Shown: one piece after another, positions 1 through 18,139 of the stretch
Layout: each line of letters starts with the position of its first letter
How positions within the stretch are numbered: the stretch's first letter is position 1
Origin: Hormiphora californensis
Lineage: Eukaryota; Animalia; Ctenophora
NCBI GenBank assembly: GCA_020137815.1
Contig: CM035359.1
Coordinates: 6,138,001 to 6,202,000, forward strand
DNA: 64,000 bases
Reading direction: 5' to 3'
Notes under the pieces: generated by a model
What the model saw: the letters and a program-made list of their open reading frames with translations, nothing else
Databases searched by the model: none
What the model was told of the DNA's origin: nothing
Translations under genes and position numbers: made by a program

Positions 1-276
1 CTCAACCCTCTCCTTTACCCCCTCTTTAGTGACACTTCTCTTAGCCCTAATAATGAGGGTTTTATAGGGGACCACACCCACACTATCTAGTTACACTTAC
101 ACAGGATCACCCGTTACAAGAGTCCTGAATCACAGAATATCAGAATCACAGAGACTAGAAGGCCCCCGGTTCCGATCCGGAGTCTGTGAGGGTGATCTTG
201 GTATTGACAGTTCTCAGATGATTAGCGTGTTGAATTTTGTTGGTGGGGGAATTTCAATGACTCTATTATATTTGTA

Positions 277-351
277 CAGGGTGTTTTGAAAAGGAGGGAC
301 CATACCAAGACCGTTGTGTCTCAAATGGTCCACTTTTCTGTTGCCACCCTG
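277..351. mobile_element. Tiny Tc1/mariner-type MITE remnant
   Basis: TA|CAGGGTG ... CACCCTG|TA: 7-bp inverted termini flanked by TA on both sides, the typical mariner-type end. Confidence 0.4.
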
Positions 352-1084
352 TATATTTCTCACCAATTTCTCAGCCGAGTTTTATATTGAAAGTTTTTAA
401 CGTTATCTCGCGTACTTTTTTGTGAAATGTGTTACTTGAGTTCTAGTGCTCACTCTGCAGCAGTTACCTGCAGCAATATTAGCAGTAATCTGTCTCCAGT
501 TATTACAGAGATCAGGTATATGTTCGCAAAAGGCAAGCTTCCCCTCGTCCGACCCGAAGTTGGAATCATATGGGTTTAGTTTGTCGAACCGGCAAGTTGC
601 TAACATGTTTCAAATCTTCACTACTTCTCAAATGATCCCATACTTTCAGTCTAATCCCAAAATCCTATTAAAAATAGAGACAAAAATAACGGCACCAAAC
701 TGTGAAATGCCCTTGCATTAGTGCGAGTAGAATAAAATCAATTTTCTATCTAAAGGCCGAGTTTATAGCAAGAAAGGACTATTTTACAACGAATTCTCTG
801 GTTAGTATGGTAACCAACTCCGTTGTCATGGTAAATCAATCGAACTCTATCGAGTTCTATCGCCAGCAACTGGATGAAAATTTATCCATTTCATTATGCA
901 CAATGCACAGGCTTTGGTTACGAAGTTACCCCTTGCCAGCGTGTGCACGCAAAGGTCGCCCGGCGACAGAGTGTGAGGTGTCTTCGATACCAAGCACAGG
1001 CTTGTGTAACAAAAAGGGGCGTTTTTATAGCTTATTGTTCATCATAACCTGAAATAAATAATTTTCATTACTTTCACAAAGGCT

Positions 1085-1920
1085 CAAAGTTTGAATATCA
1101 AATTTACCAAAACTGTGCAGGGGCAAATTGGTGCAGGGGCAAAAGTTTTAATTGATTATAATTAATTAATTAATTAGAAAATCAAAAATCCGGCTCCGTT
1201 ATGACTCGTAGTTATACTACTAGAACATACATGCAAAGTTTCATTTCGAAATTTCAAACGGTGTGGCCACAGTTTGAATATCAAAGTTGCAAAAAATGTG
1301 CATGGGCAAACAAAATGGTGCAAGGGCACATGTTCAGGGGAAATTTGCACAAATTGTGCAGGGGCAAATTTTAATTAATTTGCCTATAATTAATTACCTA
1401 ATTGATATATTAATCATACGGCTCTTCTAGTACTCGTAGTTATGCTACTAGAACATGCATAGAAAGTTTCGTGTCAAAATATTAAACGGTGTGGACACAG
1501 TTCGATCATAAAATTGGTGCAAGCCCTTGCACCATTTGCCCTTGCACATTGCCTACCCCTGCACCAAATTCCATTTTTTGCACGGCTCTAACTAACTAAT
1601 TAATTAATTTTGACTATTCCCACTTTTCGAACATCATCTTTTATGATTGAAGAACATTCCTACAAAGTTTCAAGTCGATATTTTAAGCAGAACGGAAAAT
1701 AGAATTTGGTGCAGGGGCGCGGTGCAAGGGACAGAACACGCAATGTGCAGGGGCACGGTGCCCTTGCACCGTTTTTAATTACCTATAATTAATTAATTAA
1801 TTAAAAATTCAAAAATCCGCCAACGTCATGACACAAAGGAATATGTACTACAAGAACATGCCTACAAAATTTCAAGTCGATATCTCAAACGGTGTGGCCA
1901 CAATCGTTGACATGTTTTTT
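1085..1920. repeat. Complex satellite-like repeat, four ~200-230 bp imperfect units
   Basis: Core AACAT.C.T.CAAA(G/A)TTTC recurs at ~1223, 1452, 1652 and 1855. Each core is preceded by a TAATTAATT tract, three are followed by AAACGGTGTGG, and GTGCAGGGGC/GCCCTTGCAC motifs are interspersed in both orientations. Confidence 0.65.
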
Positions 1921-3499
1921 GCCCCCCCCCCCCCCCCCCCAAAAAAGACCTTTCTTTGTTCTTAATAGGGCCGGCATTTTTGGGTTTTTGTGCAGGGGCA
2001 AAAAATTTTTTTTCTTTTTTTCGTTTTTTGCTGTTTTCTTCGGGTCGGAGGTGCCTGCCGGCACCTAAATTCAATGGGTAGGGAAATAAAACCGTTTTAT
2101 GACGATCCAGCTCGATCAGTTTTTGGTACGTGTTTTGTGTGTAACAGCCGAGAGAGTTAGTAAATTTTGACAGACCGATATATGGCATTTTGTAAACGAG
2201 AAGTTTTGAAGCGATCAGAATAATTTTGCACATCGACGTGAGGGCAATGAGTGAGTTTAATAAAAAAAGAAAATGGTCAACCAAAAGATGTGTGTGAGTA
2301 TCAACAAAATGCCTGGCTGTATGTAAATAGTATATTACTAAGTTATTATATCATTTGGACATTTGTTTAAAAGAAATGTGTTTAAGATTTCGTTTAATAT
2401 CTTGGCTTAGTCAAGGGGTTGAACAAAACAAATCTTGGCGGGGTTTATGAGCTGTGCCAGAATCATGGAAAGACAAGTTCCATTGTGTTTCATGGGCTTT
2501 GCTCTAAATGCAAATTCTATCGGTGAAACGATCTATGTCTCTTCTGAAAACAACATCTCCTGTGGCCCTTGTCAGCGGTGGCGGGAACCGTGGGAATTTT
2601 CTGCGCGTTCTGCGCCGTTAACCCATACCTGGTGTTGTCGCGCGCTACGCAAATGTAGCAATTGGTTCCCATTTCGGAGGTGAATGGCCCATAAAACCGC
2701 TCTTTGCGGGTTGTGGATGGGTTGATGATGCTATGGGTAAATGATAACGATCGATCAGCTCAATAACTGCCATCGATTCAGGGTGATTCAGGCAGACAAC
2801 GTGTCCATTATACCTCTACAGAGAGCCACTTAAGCTCATTGTTAGGGCGTGTGCAGCGACTATTAGCAGTCCTGTGTTTTTCAGTTTAGGTGATCGTTCA
2901 GAGAATTATGAAATTTTCTGACGACTGTCACAAAGTTCCTGCGAAGAATATATCAAAGCTTGTTGAAGACTAATCAATTCTCTCCAAAAAACATAATCGT
3001 TAACTGCATATTCTCTAGGACAACTGTTTCTTTTAACACCATCACCTGGTCCCTGCCTTGCTCCCCCCCTCTCTCCACGTCCCCTGCACTCCCGGTTTGA
3101 ACAAAACACAATTTCTGAAATCATAGTCATTTTCTGAGTGTTAACAAAACTTCATAAATTTCATGAATGTTTTTTTTCAATATTACAAACTGTTTTCTAC
3201 ACCATGTTTCAATTTTAAAACTCCCTTCACATGTTCCTGTTTCTGAATCACGTGTTATAGTATTGAATCATCAGAATCTGATAATATCCCACGAAACTAT
3301 CGTTGATGGATTCCCGAGAGAGAAATTCGACAGAAATGATGCAATTGCTGAACCTCTTGTTTCGAGTTCTTAGTTTTTCTTTTCTGTTGTGCACTTTCTT
3401 CGCGATTAATCGCTCTCCCAATCTCTCTTTCTGTATCTTTCTGTTTTTCTGTCTCTCTATCTCTTTCCAGCTCTATATATCTTTCTCTCTTTCCCTCTT

Positions 3500-4450
3500 T
3501 CTATCTTGTTTGTTTGTTTGTCTTCTGCTCTGGGGGTGCCCCGAAATGCGGGGGCCGCCCCGAGCACGCTTATTAGGCCCCCAGCACCCCACCACTCCGC
3601 CGTAGCAAGCCACCCCCCCAAATCAGTTTTGCGGGCTGTTCTTCAGACCCCAGGAAAACCGGCAACCCACCTTGATCTGAGTCGCCTCCCGATTCGTGCT
3701 CCCCCACGTAAAACCCTTTTTTAAAAAAAAAAAGTATGAACAAAACAAAAACCCTCCCCCTTCCCCTCCTTTCCCCCGGAAAATTTTGGAAAACCGAGAA
3801 GAGAGAAAAAAATAAAGAGAAGAGAAGAAAGAGGGAAAAAAAGAAAAGGGGGGGGGGGGGGGGGGTCTCTCTGTTTTTCTCCCTCCCCTCTCTCCCGCCC
3901 CCCCTTCCTCCCCTCCTTCTTTTTTTTCTCCCCGGGGCCCCCCCCCCCTTCCCCTTTTCCCCGCCCCTCCCCCGGGTAAAACCCCGGGGGGGGAAAAACC
4001 CCCAACATTTTCCCCCCAAATTTGGCCTGTTTCCCCTGGGCCGTACCCCCTGCCCCTTTAAATTACCCCCCCCCGGGGGGTTTTCCCCCCCGGGCTTGTG
4101 GGGGGTTTTTAAAAGGATTTCCCCCCCCCTCCCCCCCCCCTCTTTTCCCCCTCCCTTTTTTTGGCTTTTTTTTTTTGGGTTGGGGGAAAGGTCTCTCCAA
4201 ACCCCCGGGAACCCCCCCTTTTTTAAAAGGGGGAAAAAAAAAACCCCAAGGAGGGGGTGGGGGGTTTTTGGGGGACTTTTTTTAAAAAGTAATGATTTTC
4301 CTTTTCTTTTCCCCTCCCCCCTCCCCCCCCAAAAAAAAACCCTTTCCCCTTTTGGGGTTTAAATTTTTTTCCCCCCTACTTTTTTTCCCTTTTTTTTCCC
4401 CCCCCCCCCTTTTAAAAAAATTTCATTCCCCCTTTTTTTCCCCCCATACT
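3500..4450. other. Low-quality homopolymer-inflated consensus (sequencing/assembly artefact)
   Basis: Almost entirely runs of A/C/G/T. The ORFs are K/G/P/F-only. Same signature as 30680-32350, 44830-46650 and 59283-62240. Confidence 0.8.
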
Positions 4451-7400
4451 GATAATATATATGTAGATAGAGAAAAGATATAGAGATCTAGAGAGTAGAG
4501 ATCAAGCTGATCAGACGATATATCGCTCGACAGCTGCGGCTATCTCGCTCTGACTTTCTGCTCTGTTATAGTGCTGCTCGCCTCGCGCGCTCTCTCTCGC
4601 GCTGCGCGCGCTGATCTCTCACTACTCGCTTTGCTAGCGCTTGCTACGGTCCGCGCGCGTGCTCTCTCGCGCGACTCTCTACGCTCTCGTTTTTCTGCGC
4701 TCGCCTCCTCCCCCCGCGTTCTAAAACCGGAAAGGGAAGACCCCGAACGATCTCTCTCTCGCAACTTGTGTCTTCTGTGGACCATGGTCACGTGAGCGCG
4801 TGACCCACGTGAACCCCCCCCCCCCCCATGCAAATATCACGTTGACCACTATCATTCTAGGGGGAACCCTGTTCGGGGCATATCGGGCGATTAAGTGCTC
4901 CCGCGATTGGTAGCGCACCTCCACCCCTCCTTCTCTCACCGGGGAACCAGCTTGCTAGCTTACCGTCTCGCCTGATATCACTGCCGCTCTTCGGTATTTT
5001 TTCGTTAGTGGAGGGTAAAAGGTCTATAGCAATGCCAAATCTCCTCTCTTGGGAGATCTCCTCTCTCTCCCTCTTCGCCACCGATACCAACACCCCGGAG
5101 AGATGAGCTGGGGCTTGCGGGTTTTAGGACTTTTGTGATCATGCTAGCTGATCTCTCTCCTTCTTTCTTTCTCCTCTCCTCCTTCTTCCTCCCTCTGCTT
5201 TTTAAGTTTTTGCCTGTTTCTCTCTATAGTGGGATTATATATATATTATATATATATACATCTTTACGAATATTGTTGTTATCCAATCTCTCTCTCCGCT
5301 ACATACAACCCACAGTATAGATCGATCTAACCTTTTAATACCCACCCATCAAGCCACCCATCACCATCATCATCATAACAAACTAGAACGACTCATTACC
5401 GCCTGTAAATGGGTGATTGAGGTGACAGATCGACCTCTCTCCCTCCCACCTGGACTAGCTGTACTGGGCTAATTCGGGTAAACACTTCCCTCATGATATA
5501 TAGAAAACGTGATGATGATTTAGTAGCAATTGGTATCTGATGATTATTAATGGTAGCTGGAGCATGGTATATACTGACAATTATCATTATAGTCAGTTTA
5601 ATAAAGATTGATAAAGGCTAAGTATGTATAGGTGTAATTTAAAACATTGTGATCAATTTTTGGGAAAATCAGTTTCTGAACAAAATTAGGTTGTTTACAT
5701 GAAATTAATCAGTCATATAATATTGTTCCTATCCATTTTTATTACGGAATAGTGTACTATTGCTATGATTGGAACGAGCCAATATTTTTGTTTTGCCTTT
5801 GCGATTGTAAATCTACACCTCTACTTCCGTTTTTTATTTCTTAGTATCGTTTTTTCCTCTTCAGTTCTTGCCTCTTCGCCTTTCCGCGATTCATGTCTTC
5901 TTTTTATTTTTCGCCCATCCCATCATTTCTCTTGTTCTCTTCTGTTTGCCTCGAGACTTTCGTTACCTCAGGTCTCTTCTCTGAATAACTTCGCGCGAAT
6001 CACAACTATATCCTTCAGGGGGTACTTCTCCTCAGTGTCTCCAAAATAGCATCACATCATCATCTTCAATCATTTCTCATCTCAAACAAACAATCATCCT
6101 CTTGGAGAGGTCGCGCATCGTTCCTTTTCTACCCCTTATGTACTCTCTCAATTTATTTTTGCCTTCATCTCAAAGAACAAATCATCAAGAACCGAGAGTA
6201 GATAGAGAGAGAGAGAGAGACTCCTTCTCTTCCCCGCTTTATCGATCTAGCCTCTTTTCATACACGAACTCTTTCTCTCCTAATCATACTTGAGTCCTCG
6301 TTTATCCCCTTTTTTTCTTCGCTTTCTTTTCATGCTGTTCTTCTGTTCTTCTATTCTTTGTTCTCTTCTTTTCTTTTTACTCACTCGCGTCTGTCTCCGG
6401 TGCCCTGCAGCCCTGGTCGTAGAAACTCTTCTCTTCTCCAGCCTTGTATCTTTCTCGCCTCTCTACCTCTTCCGTTCTGTTGCTCGTCGCATTTAGTCTC
6501 CGCGTGTTCCCGCTACCTGACGTCGTCTCCAGAGAAGAAGTTACCTCTCTTCCTACTCTATCCCTATCCCCTCTCTATCTCTCCTTCCTCTCTCGCTCCC
6601 GCCCCCTTCCGTCCCCTCACTCACGCCCCTTCATTTCTTTCTAACAATTTATACCCTCCACGCTCCTCCCCCACCTCCTAACTTCGCAAAAATCAAAGGC
6701 GAGGCCGTCTACTGCAGCATCGCGGATGATGCTAAAACCTATATTGGGACAAAGAGACAAGATCTAACCCGCACATTAACACCCTTAAGTAACCGTTGTT
6801 CAATTGAATGGAGAGAGAGAGTGGAAAGGAGTACCACGCACCTAAATCCTGAACACCTTGATTCTAACCCCCTGCCTACGAGACCCCCGTCCGTTTATGA
6901 ATATGGGTGAATTGGCGTTTTTTTTACTGTGTGGCGGATATTGTCCGTTGCTCCCCCTCACACACCCTCTCCTCTATCTTCCCTCTCCCTACACCCGTTC
7001 CGGTCTCTCTCTCTCTCGTCTTCTCTCTCTCTCCCCCTCTCTCATCTCTCTCCGTCGTCTCTCTCTCTTCGTCTGCTCTCTCTCTCTCTTCCTCGCCCTC
7101 CGCTCTCTCTCATCTCTCTCCGTCTCTCCTCCTCTTCTCTCGTCTTTTCCCTTCTGTCTCTCGTGGCTCTCCGTCATCGTAGCCGTTATCTGCGTCTCGG
7201 GGGTCTGCGCAAATGTCGTTCCGTCGTCTGGGGTCTCTCTCTCTTTTTCTTCCTTTCGTCTCGGTCTCTCATCTTCGGATCTTTCGATGTCGCCGAATCG
7301 CTTTCTCTCCTAATCGCCCTCGTCGTTCACCCCTCTCGTACGGTCCCTCGTCGCTCCGTGCTCTTCTTACTAGCTTTCGCTCATCTGCATCTCGTTGTGG

Positions 7401-10400
7401 TCCGCTCGGGCTGTGGGATTCGCCCAGACTTCGTCTCTCTCTGGTGTGGTCAACGAGACTCCAGCCATTCACGGCCAAGTATCACTGTGGTCATCAAGGG
7501 AATGTCACCAATGGTTAGATCCCATCGTGTACTAGACTTACCTCTCCCTATCTCTTCTCTCCCTTCTCTCTCCTCTCTCCTCCTCTTCCTCCCTTCTTTC
7601 TGTTTTCACTTCTCCTCTCCCCCCTCTCCTCTCTCGGCGCTACGTCTCCTTTCCCGCACGCTCGCGCTCTCCTCTTTCTGCTCCTCTTAGCAGTCTCTCT
7701 GCTCCTCTCAGTTCCTCTCCTCTCGTCTCGCTCCGGCTTCTTCTGCTTGAATCTTTTCTCGGTTTTTCGTTCTCGTGCCGTGCTCTCCTCGTCTCATCTC
7801 GGCGATCTTCTTGGGCTGGGTCTTCTTTGGGTCTGTCAAGTTCTGGTGGCCTTGGTGTCTCGGAGTTCCTGTGTCTCGGTTCTCCTCTCTCTCGATCGGC
7901 CCTCTGCGCTCGCCTGGGGCGTCATCTCACTCGGTCTGCCTCTGCGTCGTCCGTGCGTGTTCCGGGTGCGTGCGTCCTCTCTCTCGTTCGGGGTTGGCGC
8001 TCGCGGTTGCTCAGGTGTGTTGAGGGTTGTTCCCCTCCTCGGGATTCTCTCTCTCTCGCGATTCCTCTCTCTCTCCCGTCGCCGTTTGCTCTGGGGGCAC
8101 CGTCGTGCGCTCCCCTCTCCCGTGCGTCCTGCTCTCGTGGTGCTGTCTCTCTGCCTTCTGTCCGTCGCTCGTGGGTCACGCTCCGTCCCTACAAAACCTC
8201 GAACCTCCGCTTGGCACTTTTCCGCTCAACTTGTACATGGGATATTTTCAGAAGATGGATACTGGGTCATGTTAAGAGATCAGTGCTTCTAAATCCAAAC
8301 AACATCCTTATATTATCGCCTTCCAAAACTTCCCGTGCAATGCCAAGTGTGATGTGTTCGCTTGAAATACCTCGGTGGATCCCATTTACCTAATATCCTA
8401 TCGTAATAAAAGCTTCTTGTCCCCAAATATAATTGTGAACACTAATCGTGATAGCTAAATAGGTACGGTTATATAAATAGCGACAACTCAGGGTCCCATT
8501 CTCTGACGTCGTCATTTTCTCTCCATCCCAATCTCTAGGAATATTCCCAAGCTCCACAACAATGCCTTACAAATAAAGAAAACCCACACAAAACCATCTC
8601 GAAATATTCCGTTGTGCTTTCGCGTTGGCAAAAAAAATCGAAAGCAAAAGGTCTTATTTTATTAATAGAGTCTGAATGGGTCCTAGTAATGTTTGGATTC
8701 GACGTAATAAACAAACCTGGAGATTTTCTCCCCTGTACGATCCCTGTCATGGAAACAGGACGGGAACAATCCCAATGACTAAGATCCCCCTGAAAGCTCC
8801 CTCCAATTCTCGTCTCTCTCCCTTTCCCCTCCCTACTCACCCTATGGATTCTATTTCCACCCACCGACTTTCAATTGGCTAACAACCCTCCCCCTCTACA
8901 TACTCAGGTAGTCAGGGGGGATGTGTTGGAAGCCCTGTTGGGCTATTCCGGCCCGGCGGGCCATGTTGACTAGAAAGAAGAGATCGTCGCTCTGCTCTCT
9001 CTCGCTCGCTCTCTCTCTCTTTCTCTCGCGCTCCGCGTGCTCTCTCCTTTCTCTTCTTCTCTCTGGCTCTCTCTCTCTCCCATCTCTCTCTCCATTAAGG
9101 AAATCATGTTTGAAAGTACAGCTTCAAAAAACGCAAGGTCACCCAGCCCCACGGTGTCTCATAAACCCTCGGGGTAACCCTCCAACGGCTACTAAGGGGA
9201 CACACCTTGTATACTAGGGGGACACACTGTCACACAATTGTCCGCTGACAAATCACCCCTGTAGGGGAAATCTCCACTAAACCATCTGTTATATCTTTCT
9301 TTCACACATGAAAGAAGTAGATCATTAAAACTACCTTCAGACCAAACTAATCATTTCAAATCAATTTCTGGCTTTACAAGAAATAAGTAATACTCGAAGC
9401 CAAATACTGGTCATTGCCCAAAATAAATAAAAAAAGAAATATAGAGTTGTTAGGCCACTTTCGTAGACGGTACATAATCAATATTAAATCTTTTTTTGTG
9501 TAACTAAAATGCAGTTTAATAAACAATTATTTTTAAAAAACTTTCCCGGGTTTCCCCCCCCAGAGCTGAAAAAACTTAAGCTTTTAAATTTTTCCAGAGA
9601 GAGAGAGAGAGAGAGAAGGGTAGAGACATAAGGGCCCTTTACGAGACTCGACCCAACAAGACGACTAAAAAACCCCAACCCGGGAGCTCTCCATCTCCAT
9701 GTGTAAACGGGAGAAACCCATCAGGGGAGTAAGGGGGAAAATTTTCCACCTTTCCAAACATCTCAAAAAAGACTATAACGTCCCCCCCCTCTATTTTTTC
9801 TCTATCCCTCTCTCTCCCCTTTTTCTCTCTTTCCCCTCCCCTTTTCTTTTCTCTCCCCTCTCTCGGGTTTTGGGTTTGGGTTTTGGTGGGGGGGACAGGG
9901 TTTATGGCCCCCTAAGCCCCAACGCTACTAAAGGCCCGTTTTTATTATAAATTTATATGAAAACCCGAAGGAGACGCAGGGGCTCAGTCCCCATATTGTA
10001 AACCCTTAATTTAAGGTTTTAAAAGGAAATTTCGGGAAGAGGGGCAGAAACTAGGGAAAAGGTTTTGGGCTGGTTCTGGGCCCCCTTTGCATCCTGGGGA
10101 GTAGGAGGGGGTTTCCCAAACCAGTTGTCACGATCCCCACAGAAGACAGTCTGATTTAAAGGGACCGGATACGTGTGAAAGGAAGCACGTGAACCCGAAA
10201 AAAGTAAAAGCTAGCGTGACTCTGTCCTTCGACAGTGTCAAGTTTTAAAAACATGCGGGGGATGCATAGAAAGGGAAATAAGAGCACGCCCCGAAGGACT
10301 AAAAATCGGTCATAGTGTCTGTCGTCGACGGGGTCAGTTCTCACTCCTCAAGCACCGTTCTCGGTTGTAGATTGTCTTGTTAGTACTGTCAAGAGAGCTA

Positions 10401-10591
10401 GTCCAAGACTTGGAGAAACCAAAAACCTCTATTGGTTGGACAAGGGTACGATCCGGGGGTGCTCCTACAATCGAAACTGTCAATTTGACAGGGGTGACAA
10501 TTATAGCGAGTTTGTGCGTGACTGGGATGACGAAGGGGTAAGGATATCCCTCTCTCTCTCTCTCTACTCTCAGTTCTGCTTCCTCTTCTGG

Positions 10592-10622
<31 letters not shown>

Positions 10623-11799
10623 TTCTCCCCTCCTCTCTTCTCTTCTCTTCTCCCCTACCACTCTATATCATGTAATGGTCCCTATTTGTTCGCTTATCCC
10701 ATTCATACTACAAAGTGGTTATTGCGCAGCCATTATCACTTCATTGCTCAGCTCACTTATAAATCATAATCTTTCAAGTATCAATAAGTTATAATGGTAA
10801 CGAGTTAACGGGTTAACTTGTATTTCCCACGATTCACCACTGACAACCTGGTATAGACAGGGAGAGGATAGAGGGACCGCCCCGCCCCATCTGGGGGGGG
10901 GGGGGGTAACATCCCCCTTAACTATATGACTGATTGAGAGTAGCAAACCGACCCATGGGAACTTTTAACCCGGATTTTCCCTCACTCCATCTGATCACCA
11001 CCAGGGGCTCCTATCGCGCCCTGAAATCTTAATCCAAATCCCTCTCTCTAATCACGTGACAATTCCGTTGCCATGGGGATCACGTGGGCTTCCTGTTTTG
11101 ATCACGTGATGAGAGAGAGAGAGAGGGGGAGAGAGTGAGAAAAGGGTGAGAGAGAGGAGAAAAGAGAGGAGAGAGGGGAGAGGGGAGAAAAGGTGAAAGG
11201 GGGAGAGAGAAGGGAGAAAGAGAGAAAAGAGAGGGAGAAAGAGAGAGAGGAGAGGGGAAAAGAGAGAGAGAGAGAGAGGGGAGAGAGGAGAAGAGAGAGA
11301 GGAAGAGAGAGAAATTTATCAGACAGTCGCCGCAAAACCTTCTTTGACCGCTTAGTTTCATGAGCAGTGATACAATCCCGTGTTTTCACAGTTTTTTTAT
11401 TTCCCGCTACACCCCTCCAAGTGAACCCTTGACTTAGATTTTTGGGGCTGATTAGACTTGAAAGGGGGGTGGTGGGAGAAGAGAGAAAGGAGGAAAAGAG
11501 AAAGTATTTGGATCAGTGAGGCGGAAAAGACGTGCAAACAACGCTTCTTGACCTTAGGTACGGGAGAAACCCCCTCCCCACGGTAGTTGGGTTTTTAATG
11601 ATTCCTTTCCCAAGCGGTTTATGGTTTTTAATTTACTTTAAAAAAGGTTTTTAAAGAGGGAAAAATTGATAGTTTTGGAAAAAGCGGGGCCCCCATGGGG
11701 GGGGGACAAAAAGGAAAAAACCCCGGGGGGGAAAAAAAGGGGGGGGTAAAAACCCCAAAGGGGGAAAAAAAAAGGGGGGAAAAAAGGGAAAGGGGGAAG

Positions 11800-11929
11800 G
11801 GGGGGGAGGAGAGGAGAGGAGAGGAGAGAGAGGAGGAGGAGAGATGAGAGAGAGAGAGAAGACGAGAGAGAGACGAGAGAGAGCAGTGGGCATCGAGAGG
11901 AGGAGAAAGAGAGAGAGATGAGATGGAGC

Positions 11930-12010
<81 letters not shown>
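11800..12010 (+). repeat. (GA)n microsatellite upstream of Bsx
   Basis: Degenerate then pure GA dinucleotide tract ending ~240 bp before the Bsx ATG. Confidence 0.9.
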
Positions 12011-12012
<2 letters not shown>

Positions 12013-12245
12013 ACAGGTATAGGATCACGTGACAGCGCCGCGCAAGCCATGTCACGTGACACAACACACGCTCTCTCTCCAGACACTCTCTACGAGCTAC
12101 GAGAGAGACACTCTCTCCCTATTGCAGTATCCCAGTTGTTGCGTTTTTCAGCTATCCAGAGTTCTCTCTCTCTATCTCGCTTGAATTGTCACTTGAATTG
12201 TTTATCATTGACTTATAAACAATCTCTCCGTTTAGTTTATACACG

Positions 12246-18139
<5,894 letters not shown>

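Noticed and set aside
403-664. Minus-strand ORF MLATCRFDKLNPYDSNFGSDEGKLAFCEHIPDLCNNW... with a donor-like G|GTAACT
   Set aside because: Looks exon-like, but I could not join it in frame to any neighbouring exon or recognise a family.
3500-4483. Lys/Gly/Pro/Phe-rich ORFs up to 208 aa (also 31053-32550 and 59283-62392)
   Set aside because: Products of homopolymer-inflated low-quality consensus, not proteins or a real low-complexity system.
5396-5587. Minus ORF ending MREVFTRISPVQLVQVGGREVDLSPQSPIYRR with a GTAATG donor
   Set aside because: Possible first exon, but no downstream partner or homology that I can support.
6100-9150. Long Ser/Leu-rich and Arg/Glu-rich ORFs (also around 11.6-12.3, 14.4, 21.9, 33.6 and 56.4 kb)
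   Set aside because: Translations of (TC)n/(GA)n microsatellites and garbled derivatives.
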